Below, one piece after another: positions 12,745 through 25,200 of a stretch of DNA of 62,000 nt. Source of the stretch: Lytechinus pictus. Taxonomy: Eukaryota. The stretch is taken from NCBI RefSeq assembly GCF_037042905.1, contig NC_087245.1:1612001-1674000 (forward strand), in the 5' to 3' direction. The notes under the pieces were generated by a model. It was not told the origin of the DNA and ran no database searches. It saw nothing but the letters and a program-made list of their open reading frames with translations. Numbering within the stretch: position 1 is the first letter of the stretch; every line of letters begins with the position of its first letter. The translations under genes were made by a program, and so were the position numbers.

Positions 12745-13046
12745 GAAGGGTAAAATAACGATCCGGGGAGTGAAGCTGACCAGGGATGCCTCGATGGGTT
12801 GAGAATACCCTAACTGTCAAACAAGAAGCTAGTCGATAACCGTTTAACATTTTAACTACCCGGGCCATTGTGGCGCCAGAAAGGGCACCACTACCTTTCA
12901 TGGCGTGGCTGAGAGAATACAAATGTGAAATTAAAGAAAATTAGGCCTACATTTTTTGCTCACGGGCATAGGTGCCGCGGACAGGGATCGAACCCCCCGG
13001 ACTTTCCATGTATTACCAGGCGCCTATAGACCACTCGGCCACCTCC
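12745..13046 (-). mobile_element. tRNA-derived SINE
   Basis: Minus strand has A box TGGCCGAGTGG and B box GGTTCGATCCC, followed by a non-tRNA body (GGCACCTATGCCCGTGAGCAA...). The 3' boundary is approximate. Confidence 0.65.
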
Positions 13047-13789
13047 ATTTCAATCAGTTAATCGATCACGATCCAAGAAGCAATTTACAAAAGATGTTCT
13101 AAAGCGGGATAATGATTCTGGGCCGGGTGGCAGTGATACCGCCACTTCAAAGTAGAAGGGTTTTTGTTTTAAATGATGGTAGACTGTTTTACCCATGAAA
13201 ATCACATTTAAATTCTGGTATTTGTTGTTATTATGTCCAAGTTTGGCTTTTATCGATGTGGAAAAAAAAAGATATTCAGTAGCCTCTGCAAGGGTAACGT
13301 ATAGATTACTGGTGACGAAACGTTTTGACAAATTTAGTGTGTTGCTTGCTCGAACAAATCTGAGGGCTCTTGGATTACGATTTTCCCCTCTTGCTTTAAT
13401 TCTGTAGGTAATAATAAAAATAGGACTGATGCCCACACCCCCTTAAACAATTCCAGCGATCGAAACCCTTAATTAATCGTGATACGAAGCGATGACCAGT
13501 AGCTGTGGATGATGTTCTGAGACGTTACGCAAGGTCGTGATATATCCGGCTACGAGACAACAAACTCTTCCTTCGCACTCCATCTCCCCCTCGTATCACT
13601 CACTACCCAAATCACTTCGAAAAATTAAATACATTGGATAAGAATGTTCATTGGACGTAAGATTAGACTGAAAGGTTTATAAAGATTCAGTTGCAAATAC
13701 TATGCAATCATGATATGAAAATCACTAGGTTCTTCAAACCTGGTATGTTTACAGTTTATACGATGAACTCCAACATCGTTAATAAATAA

Positions 13790-14460
13790 CAACAATAATA
13801 ATGATTATGATGATGATGTTTATAGAGATAATAATGATATTGATAATAACAATAATGGTTATATGCGCTATACACTTAAGTATCACAGCGTTTACAAATT
13901 ATTGTCAGACATAGAATATATAACTAAATGTTAAGTAATTAAAATATGAATATATAAAATTGTGTTCATGTACATTAAATTGAATCACCTATTTGTATTC
14001 TCAGCTGTGCCAGGTGAGACCTGGTGGCCTCTTGCTTGCTGCTCCGTTTACAAACCATTTAAGGCACATCATTCACAGAAGCTCTAGTATAGCACTTGCG
14101 GCCACCAGACCCCAGATGGGTTAGCCAGTCAAACCAAACAGTGATAGCAAAAATTAACAAAACAATACATGAATGAATATGTTATACTAGGTATTTGGAA
14201 AAAGATATGACTTGAGTTGTCGTTTGAAAGATGCTAATTTTTTATGGTCGGTGTTTTCCGGATGGTAGAGGGGAGTGTATTCCAAAGTCTAGATCCGGCT
14301 ATACTAAAACGTTTTTCTGCTATGGAGAGGTTTATTCTAGGTATAACGAGTTTGGTGGTGTCATTCATGGAACGTACGTAGAGTACGAGCAGGTGTGTAA
14401 TGAGCAATTGTGCTTACAAGATAAGAAGGACCAGTACTTTTAACCAATTTGTAAATGTAT
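13790..14460 (-). mobile_element. L2-type LINE 3' fragment (degenerate)
   Basis: Minus-strand translation ...KLVIPRINLSIAEKRFSIAGSRLWNTLPSTIRKT...FKRQLKSYLFP resembles the L2/CR1 ORF2 C-terminus. The 3' stem TGTAAACGCTG...TAGCGCATATAA and (ATT)n-like tail lie at ~13790-13895. Confidence 0.7.
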
Positions 14461-16589
14461 AATAATAATAATAATAATAATGATAATAATGCCAATGCTA
14501 ATAATAATAATCGATATCATCACTATTTGATATCATTGCCATATTATTCGGATCGTCATTAAACTGGTCGATAACTATTTCATGAGTATCCTGGAAACAT
14601 TCGGTGGTAATTATGATGAGCATCTCAAGTAACTTCAAAATAATGTAATCTCACTATACACATCAAATCAAAATAAGACTGTTGACGTATAGTGCCAATC
14701 GGCATCGTCCGGGTACGGTTTATTTTTCAGAGTTCATAAATGGTAGTAAAAACTGGTTTTAAAATCGCAAGTAATTTCTTAGGACGCGACAGTGTTTTCC
14801 CGCTAAGTGCTAAAAAAGACTTGAAAGTGTTTTTAACACAAATGCAAGAGTCTTCAGCGCTTGCCACTCAGTGAGACATTCCTTTCCACGATTTATGACA
14901 CATGGCCTATTTGATATAAAATCATGTAACAGTCCAATGGACATTACAATGTTATGTTTTGAATGTAAACTGGTCCAGAAAGCACTTTCCAATAATTGGA
15001 TGTGCGTGCACTTACTCCGAGCCTCTAATTATCTTGGTACGAAGGGCATATATAATATATATGTATTTCACAAAGCGACTCGGCAAACAAAATTCGCCTC
15101 GTTACGTAATACTTTAATTGCATTCGGTATATCCACTCTCTCGTATCGCGCCATATCACCTTCGCAGTATATTGCAACTTTCCCCCTTTTGTCTTATCAT
15201 CTCGTCCTAGCCAGCTTTTGATGGTGATGGGTAGTCAAGATTGGCGGAATATAAAGGATATTAAGAAAAGGGTGAAATATAGCCTCATCTGAGGGGAGAA
15301 CTAATCAACATTGTGAGAAGAGGTTGAGAGATGAGGAATGATGATGAAAGGTGAAGGAAAGGATCGAAGAAATCAACTGATGATTATAGAAAGACGAAAT
15401 CAAGTGAAAGTTATAATAGTAGATGAAACTAACTAAAATCTGAATAAATATGCATGTGTAATAATGTGTTTGGATAGCATGGTTTTGATAACCACAATAA
15501 AGTAACGTTCATAAACGAAAATTTCATTAAAAAAATACTAAAATAATATACCAAATTATAGTGGCTCCTTCTTTGAAAGGGTTCGAAGAAATGACAGTAA
15601 CGAAGGAAAGTAATAAAAGAGTGTTGAATAAGAATGTTATAGAATAACAGTGTATCACTCTGTCAGATAAATGTTTGACAAGCGGGCAGACAACCAAAAG
15701 GATAGTACACCCCAAATGTTTCAAGAGGGGGGGGGAGCGAAACAAAGAAAGAAGAAGAAATACGAGCACTGAGAGAGAGAAAAGACGACATTTATTTTTC
15801 AGTCGACCGCCATTTTATGCTGATAATGGAGATTGATATATTCTCTTGTTGTAAATCACGTAATATCTCAGAAAACGATTTAATCTTGGTTTTCATGAAG
15901 ATGAAACTGAATTATTAATGCAATGGTATACCGCCATATCGGGGAGTGGATGATGGATGTGATGATCTGAACAATTATAGCATTAGCACAATTATGAAAG
16001 TTGTTCAGGATTCTGACAAAAAAGAAGAAAATTTAAAAGGCGCAAGCGTTTGAAATATTTACGATATTCTTGGTATAACTTTGTCATCGCAGTGTTTGGA
16101 ACCATTATCTAATCACGCTAATTGGAAATTCAGGATGAGGAACATTGAGGAAAATCTTCTAAAAAATCAGTTTCTCCGGAGAATTTCAATATTTTGTCTA
16201 TGTAGCATGAAAAAGAAAATATGATGAAGGCATGTCATCTTATTACTAATTACATTATAGGTGTTCGAGGTAAAGTAAAGTTTCAGTCCATGTTGGACGG
16301 ACGAGTGATAAAAATAAATCAGACGTTACGACATTTACGAAAACATTAAAACAGCTAACACAGTCATGCCAGTATTGACGGGATTAGGGAGCTTCGATAA
16401 AGACAAATCTGTATCTTATTTTGCATGCACATACTACATTATAAAATAAGGAGAGATGAGCATTGCAAAGATAAAAAGAGAAACTAAAGATAACAGAGGT
16501 AGAGAGGGGGAGGGGGAGTCGCGGTGCTAAAGCTTCAAGACAAAGAATAAACCTTTTGGGGAAAAACTTGATATCCAACCACGTTCACT

Positions 16590-16900
16590 TCCACATCTGT
16601 GTTTCATTATACACGATAGATATAGGTCTACATAATTATAGTTGTGAAAAACTGAAATAATCGCATGTGATTGGCTCGGAGTACATTGCGCCATAGAAAC
16701 GCTTGAAGGTTGTTCCTGATGACACTCTCACAAGCAATCGCAAGGCGGGCGGATCTTTCTTCTGGTCCAGTGCACAGTCCCCTTTGCTTGAGAAATTGAC
16801 CAATGAACAAGCGGTCAGCGGCTAGCTGTTCATCTGCCACTCCCCTGGCATGTTACACATGAAATGTTTGACCGATAGGCTGAAAAAAGAAAGCAGATGC
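16590..16900 (+). promoter_or_regulatory. Candidate promoter/enhancer of the SNAG zinc-finger gene
   Basis: GC-richer island with ATTGG (16670), CCAAT (16800), GGCGGGCGG (16744), an RFX-like half site CCATAGAAAC (16691-16700), and CATCTG/CAGATG E-boxes (16594, 16831, 16894). A strong donor AAG|GTGAGT follows at 17340/17341. Confidence 0.4.
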
Positions 16901-19900
16901 CTTGTATCGACCAGTGCGCATCCACTCTTCAAAGCAGCCTCATATCGGCACATCGTCATTGAGAGGAAAATCATCTCATATTTTGTTCGTCAACAAAAAA
17001 TAATTCAAAAGTTTTTATTCGTTCTTACGTTTTCGAAAAGAAAAAGTTAGCATAACCCCATATGCTTACGAACTTTAAATTGAAATTTGTTTTATCAAAA
17101 TTTGTAAATTCATACTTTCCATCATCGAACTTTGAAGTTCAACATTTACATCTTCAAACTTGAAATCACAGTTATCAATACTGTTGCCGAGTTGGAAAAG
17201 GGTGAACTACACCAATATTGTCTACTTCTAAACCATTTATCCCGTTTACGAAAGGAAGGTCATTTTCCATTTTCGTCATCAGCTGCGTCATTTCATCTTT
17301 ACTTCGGCTGAACTTGAAATACTTATAATAAGGTGAAAAGGTGAGTGTAACTTTGTTTTCTCGTAAAATTTATAATTGAAATGTTGTTTTCTCTACCTTT
17401 ATTTAAAGTAAATGACAAGTGCTATATTCTCGCGCATTGTTTTAGTTTGCATATTAATTCTAACATTCATTTCGATGTTTCTACTATGTACGCCCATTTC
17501 TAAGAATTTTCTACGCTCTGATGATCATGATGATCAATCAATTATTTCTAATTACAATGTATTCAGATGCCTTTTTTATGGTTGATAGAGAACACATAAT
17601 AAATATGTTGGGACATTTTTCACGCAACATTTAATCTGCTTTATTCAGACATGTCCAAGAAAATCGTTTTTTTTTTCATCATAAACCTTCACATTCACTA
17701 CTCAGACCAACTAATATCAATAAGAACAAAATGGACCCAAAAACTGTTCGCAATTAGGCCAACCAATTTTCCTATACGGCATCTCAGACTGAGAAGCCTT
17801 TCTCTTCCTTCGGAAAAAACTTCCGTTTTGTTCGATTGGGAAATTTGCTTTGAAAACACCATTTTAGACACAAAGACTTTGTAAGATGGAAGGAGTGTAA
17901 TCCTATCTCATCCTATCTCATCGATAGCCTTTGAAGAAAAGGAAGCCCCAGCTTGTAGACCGTAAGCAACCACCTGCTACAGGCGGCCAGAGCTGAGGGG
18001 CATGGGGGATTGTTCTCTTCGCTATTTGTTGACAAGATCGTTGGATGCGCACAGCATGCGACTGAAAGCTCGGCTTTTGTTGTCCGAATTGCCTCCGTTT
18101 TGGTTTTAGTCAGCCGAGGATATCTTAAAGGTTTTAAGGTATTCATTCAAGAGGGTTTCATCTATCAGAATTTTAGGTGGCTGAAGGGTCTGAAGTCATG
18201 AAATCTCTCCCTTATAATTTCGATGACGTCATTTAAGTATGTTTAGTCAGCCAAAAAGATCACTTGGGTTTTCATATATGTAAACTACCTTTCAAGCTCA
18301 TTACTATAGTTGATATCGTGAGATCAGTTTACCTAAGTCGTTTACTTTTCATTTTATTATGTATTTATATGTTTAGTGTTTCGGTATCATGATGTCCATA
18401 AGAACGTGAAGAAAATTTTTGATGTTGTTATTTTAATCATTATTTCAACATCTCATCAATATTCATCAGATTTGTTATCATCCCACAAAATATTATTATA
18501 CCAAACTATTCAAGTGAGGCCATGATTTCTTTTACAGTTATTGTCAACTTCAAACATTTCATCTTTTAAGATTATTTTGGTATATGAGTGTGGTTCTTAG
18601 AAATGCTCGTTTCCCCCTAAAACAATAATATTTCAATAATGTCAAGTCATTTCTTTCACTTCATTATCTTGAGTAACGGCTAAAAATATGTTGTTATTTT
18701 TGACATTGTTGAGTATATTTCTGAAACCTTGGCTTATCCGCCTTTTTAAATAAAATCATTCTTTGATAAAAAATGCAAGATTAACTTTGGAGTGAATCTC
18801 CCGCTCAAAAGCTCAGTATCTTATATACTAACGATCGCAAGGCATTGATTTTCTATCATTTTGAATGCACATTATCATAAATACGATTAGTTCATTGGTA
18901 TAGTGATCTTAATTCAATGTCATTCCCTAGTCATCTCTCAATGACCTGAAAGGGATGTTTAAAAGTTTTGTACATCGATAACAATTATGTAATGAAATCC
19001 CTAAATATTTCTTTCATTCTTTTATTCTGAAAATACGAAATCTATAATTTTTTCCACACTCTGTGCATTTATTCTTGTTGGAAATGAATTTTGTGAACGA
19101 ATCATTATGCACACCATTTTCTTAAAACAAGACACAGTGATTTAGAAATATACCACGTATTCATGCTTGAATTTACGATGAAGTTAAGAAGGACATTGCC
19201 TTTTTCATCATCATGATTTTGTGAGAATACGGTCTTGGTTTTTTCACAGCAAAATTAATGGATAAAATGATAAAACCGTGCCTATGATTTTATTTTGAAA
19301 AAAAATGCGAACAATATTAACGATATAAGCATCGATGTAAATCCCGATGAAACAAAGTCAACCTCTTTTTTTTTTTTTTTTTTTTTTGGGGGGGGTATTG
19401 TATCAGAAATAAATTTGCTTATCGGAATTGGTTTTCCTGATGCCGAAAGTTGCACATGCAGAACTAAACATTTCTCAGCAATTTATTCATGCACGTATAT
19501 GCATACTACAATTTCAATAAATTTTAGTATTCTGATAACCTATAACATTAAATTAGCACAAAAAAATACATGAACATGTATACAACGATTGAAGAATGAA
19601 CATAAGCGAAGCTTCAGCGAAACAAGATTTTGTTATTTAGATGAAATACATCACAATTTCCTATCATTCACGATTGTTTTTCTGTCCAGGCGTTACTAGT
19701 AATTCAAAAGAGTTCCTTCTTTCCTGACCGGTTGAGTCTAATTTGCGTAATTCAAAATTTATATATCTGCAAATAGATCAAATATATCCCTTCATTTTTT
19801 TAAACCGAAATTGAATGATAATTCTATCTTACTATTTCATCCACATATAATCGCTGGACAATTTCATGTTCAATGTATTTCTTTTTTTTAGAAATGCAAC

Positions 19901-22263
19901 ATGCATAATCAATAGGTATATTCAAGTTTTTTGAGCTGGGAAGATTGATTGATGCTACCTATCAAAGGTTATACTTTAAAATATGTGCGACAATCTGACC
20001 TCTCTGTGTTTTTAATCAAATAATTTTCACTTGATCTATTTCTGACATCTTAAAAACTTTGAAATGAAATCTGTATATTTCTAGACGAAAGTTGAAAAAT
20101 ATCACTTTATTTGAATTGTTTGCCCACCGGTGATAAGCCGCTACCGGTTTAGATTCTTATTTTCTTTCGTTACAATGGATCTTCATATTGTTGACCAAAC
20201 ACTACACTACTTCCTCCCTTTGGAACAATCAAATGTATTGTTCACTTCATAAGTGTTTTCATATATCCATAAGAAAAGCTTTCAATCTCTTTGGAATGTC
20301 GATGTTTTGCTTGATGATACGCCAGAAAAAAAAGACAGCTTTGCCCCTCTTTCCAATTTCCAAATGTCAATACTCGAAAATGCAAAACTCAGCCGTACCG
20401 ACAACTTCTTCAAACACTCAGACCTGCACATCAGGCATATAAGTCTTAAAGTTGTATTCTAGAGAAGTTTGCAGATGATGGTACTATTGTTACACTTTGT
20501 TTGAGCGCCACAAAATCTCGACACTTTCTTAAGACTGTGTGGCCTTTACATAGTCGATCAAGTTATTTCATGGGAACTCACGAATGCGTTTGTCTGCAGA
20601 CCCTCCGCGGTGCAAATCTTTTCTCTTTCGATACTCTTAGATGGGAGTAAACTGTGAAGAAGTGGGCTTAGGTATAAGTCTGCGATTCACCAAAACAACT
20701 CATTCTTTTAAAAGTAAAATAACAGAAGAGATAAAAGAATGAAAATCTCCAACCTGTCTTTTATTTAGAAAGCTTCTTCAGTTTCTTTTTGCAAAAAAAG
20801 TCAAACCTGCAAATACTTCGCCTTTGTTTGTTGTGAAAGGCTTGTACTTTCACTGTGCTACAAAAAACACTTTGTAAACATGGCTCTGCATTTGTTTAAA
20901 CAAGAAACTTTTCAAGTAGTCTTCTTTTTATATTGTCTGCGCAATCGACTTGATCAAACATATTTTTGGGTATTAGCAACATGACGCGAATAATTGTAAA
21001 AGGCACAACATCTATCGAGAAGATGGGGCGAGACAATTTTTTTTTTAATTTATCGTTCTTCGTTTTTTTCTTCTGTAGACCTATCTAAATTGAAGAAATA
21101 AAGCAGAAAATAGATGGATATTGGCATTTATTCAAGAGTAATGTGAACAAGGGTTCCATTATCAGTTTAAGTATTCATTCTAAATTCCAAGGATTTTTAA
21201 ATGAATTCAGATCGGCTGTGAAAAGTGGCCAACAGATTATTTGAATCAGATTTATACCTTGTGGATTTCATTACAAAGCTAACAATAGAATTTTAAAATG
21301 TATATTTTTTCACATTCAAAAGTTAGTACTAGAGATTAAAAATAATTCAAAAAGGCCTATTAGGCTGGTCAGAAGGCCTATTCCAAGTCGATGTGGTTTC
21401 ATTTTAAATCCCTGAACTTAATAGAGTGTTGAATTATTCAATATATTGTCCTTGATGCTATGACCCTTAATGCTTCGAAGAAAAGCTTTAAAAAATGTGT
21501 ATATATAATTTAAAATACCTAGGAAAAACTTTAAAGAAACTATCCTGCAAGTAATTGTATTTCTTTCTCGTTCTTTTGATTCTTATTCGTTGATTCATTT
21601 CATATCATTTTGATGCCAGTAAGAATTTTTATTAATGATAATATAATTATCATTCTCCGAGCATTGATTCCTCTAAAATTAACTGCAAGCTTTATTTTTA
21701 CAGGCACTGGCATATACTTGTGAATAACGTTTGAATAATACTTTGCGTCATAATATATTTTGCATCCATTTCAATTATATATGAAACATCGAATTTGGAT
21801 TTACAATGTAATCATTTTATATTCAAATGTTGGACTTGATTATACCTGGAATTACCCATGCTTTGCAGTAAATTTCTGTTGTAATCTATGAACAAAATGG
21901 TAAGACTTTGAAATTATATTCGTTTAAGACATGCAGCTTTATACCAGCGTATTATCAGGTAATTATGCATGATTATGAAACTAACACAATATTGATGCTT
22001 GACAATAAATACAAAATCCTTGATGAATTAGGAATATCTTTATACACAACCTGTCTTTATACAGATTCAAAACGATTCTTCAATCGGACTGGTATATCTG
22101 ACTTGCGGTGTTGACCTAGCCTGTCGCGGCGCCACGAGGATATAGGCGTGAACTACATCATCCACAACGCCGAGGAGGAGCAGCAATCCAACCGGTTGAC
22201 CTGTTACACCCAACCGAGAAGTCATTGATTGACTCCCCGCAAATCTCCCGTCCATTCTTGACC

Positions 22264-25200
22264 ATGCCCCGTGCATTTCTTGTCAAACACAAGCGAGCTC
22301 GAGTGGATAGCATAGCGGATGAGCTGTTAGCTCGTCATGAAATGGTCCATGGTGGTAAGAAGTTTACCTACTATCATAATGATAAAATTATTATTCGTTT
22401 TTATTATGTCTTGTATAATTATAACGCATGTGGTGTGTTCCATTTCTTTCCCTTTTAACGATGTATAAATCTTCTACGTTTCTTTTCTCTTCTCTTAGCT
22501 ATCTTCGTATATACTTCCTACCTCTTTTTTCTCATCTCTTTCCTCTTTGTGTGTGTATAATCATCTTCTTTCAATTGCATAATTTTAGTTCATGCTCATG
22601 CCGCTTTTGATTTATATAAATAGTTTCCCTTTATCAACAACATCATAATTACCATGACAGTCACCATTATTTAAACTATTCTCCCTTTCAACAATTATTT
22701 AAATATGTTAATAATCAATACTGAAAAAATTAGTAAATAAGATTATGAAACAATGAAGAAGCGAAATAAGTAAGGAAGACCAGTAAACTCATACATGTAC
22801 CTAAATGTTTCATATGTGGTTTATCATTTTTATTTTCATTTATATATTTATTTATTACATTGCTTCATTCTTTAATAATCTTATTTACTCATTATTTTTC
22901 GTTGTTGATCATAATCATATTTAAAATAATTGTAAAAGGGAGAATATTTTGCATATTATGTAAAAAAAAACTTTTTCTGAGGGCGGACACTTTTAAGCGA
23001 TTTTACATGTTCCTTTTATGCGTTGCGATTGTAATATTTTCCCCACTAACATGGCTTAAAGAATTAAGTATCAGTATCAATATAATGCCTTCCTATTTTT
23101 TTGTTTGCCTTAGTATCGGTAATGTTCTCTTATATTATCTTAATTACGGTGTTGTTCATCTACACATATCTATTAAACATTTTTACATAATCAAAGATGC
23201 TTGGGACCATTATCAGTCTGGTGCGTCTATTAGAAAAAAAAGTTCATTTCTACTAACTGACTAAGCGCAAAAATAAATTCTCACATCAGAATTCTTGTAC
23301 TTTTCTTTGACTCGGTTGTAAACAAATAAAAATATTATGAACTGCCATGACGTTTAATACTGTAAATTTAATTATGAAAGTGATGAAAATATGGGATATT
23401 TTCCCCATCCTTAGCACCAAAACAATCATAGCATACTTGCAAACGTCCATTGTGACAGTTTAAAATAAGACATTTACATCGAAAAAAATAATATAAAAAC
23501 GAAATATTTTTACCTTGTGAACGACTGAACCCAACTGGATATATTCGTATTGTTATTATTATTATTGTTATCATTATAATAAATATTATTATTATTATTA
23601 TCATACTATAATTTTGTATTCTCATTATATTCCTAACATTACATTCGATAATCTTTTTGAATTTAAGAATAGCCTGCTCTATATTGTCGTTTGTTTAAAT
23701 ATTTATTTTGTTCTTACAGATGAAGAGGGGATGCACATGAGGGGTCCTGATCAAGGATTCTCTTCGTCACACTTCGGCCAAAACATATATCCGGAAGGTC
23801 TGTCAAAGCGTGAGCTTAACGCCATAGAGATGGATATGGAAGCACGAGGATTGAAAAATATTCACCCTGCTTACACACTAGCTCCTGGTTTATATCCTCC
23901 AACACCACCACTCCTTCGCATGTCCACTGGTTCAGCCTTTGAGAAAGTTCACCCTGGAGTACCCATGACGGAGAATCTTGGAATGGGATATGGTCCTCTA
24001 CCTGGTAGTATAGACCCACAACGTTTGGTTCTTAACCCTTGGTTGGCTAGTTACCACGAGATCACGGGTCATAACATTCTTCGTGATCGTCTCTTGAGCC
24101 ATCCTGGTTACCTCATTGCAGATCCTAAATGCGGACTTTATCAAGTGCCACCTCGCGGTTATGCGTCAAAGCCTCTCGATGAACCTCTGAATCTTAAGAT
24201 TCGTGAGCAGTCACATGAAGAACAAGTAGATGAGCATGAAGAATTCTGTAGAATTTCCAAGAAATCTCATCCAGAAGATATGTTATCCTTAAAGAAACAC
24301 TCTCTGGGAGGGCCAGTCAGACTTCCTGGAGCAGGATCTGCAGATGATGAATACCCGCGATATCATCAGATGTCTTCAACAACTGCCATTCATCCATCAT
24401 CCTACCCGTTTATTGGTATTCCATATGGTCATCTCCTGGCCCATAAGTATTCTGGTGGCTTCGGCCTAAAGCCACTCGATCGCAATCAATATCCGAGCCG
24501 TAGAGGACGACCAGGGGTGGAAATGTCCCCGCCAACAGCATCCCATGCGCCACCACAGCCTGACATTGAAAATCCACCAATATGCAATGTGAAGCCAACA
24601 TTTAACGAACAGGAAGAAAGCAGCGATTCTGCTTCACCTTTAACGAATGCATATGAGAGTCCAACTATCCTAAATCAACCACGTTTCCCTGTTTCTCAAA
24701 CAAGCATTGAAGATGACGATAGTGGTGATCAGTCACCTTCTTCACCAACCGGTGGGAAGCGACTCACCAGGCAACCCATTTTGGGAGTAGAGTATATCCA
24801 AAACGGCATCGATAACGAACTCCACCATGACGCAGACAGCATCCAGGACTCAGAACAACAATTTCTCCTGCAAGACTCCGAAGAACAGTATCTTCTGCAG
24901 GATGGACTAAATCCCATCTCAGAGGGCGATAAAAAGACTGACAGCGAGTCCAACATGGATGACAGAGCCATCCTTCCCCTGATTCCAAAATACACAGGAG
25001 AGACTAAAGGTCGAAGGGCAAACAGTGCAAAGACACCTCAACCCCGGAAGTACATATGTGACGTTTGTGGCAAGGGGTTCAGCAGAAGCAACACATTAGT
25101 CACTCACAAGGTGAGACAAATAATGTTTACTAACTTTACTCTTACAGAAACAAATAATAAATGTTTCTCTCTCTCTCTCTTTCTATTTCTCTCTCATTCA

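Noticed and set aside
12960..13046. tRNA gene
   Set aside because: A and B boxes are present, but there is no clean cloverleaf and it continues into a SINE-like body.
19135..19144. Gfi autoregulatory sites (TAAATCACTG here; AATCACTGC at 11855)
   Set aside because: Expected by chance in AT-rich DNA, and the protein lacks the Gfi1 recognition helix.
23614..23719. N-terminus of the 541-aa ORF
   Set aside because: Intronic read-through. The exon starts at 23720 after TTCTTACAG, and the true start is the SNAG ATG at 22264.
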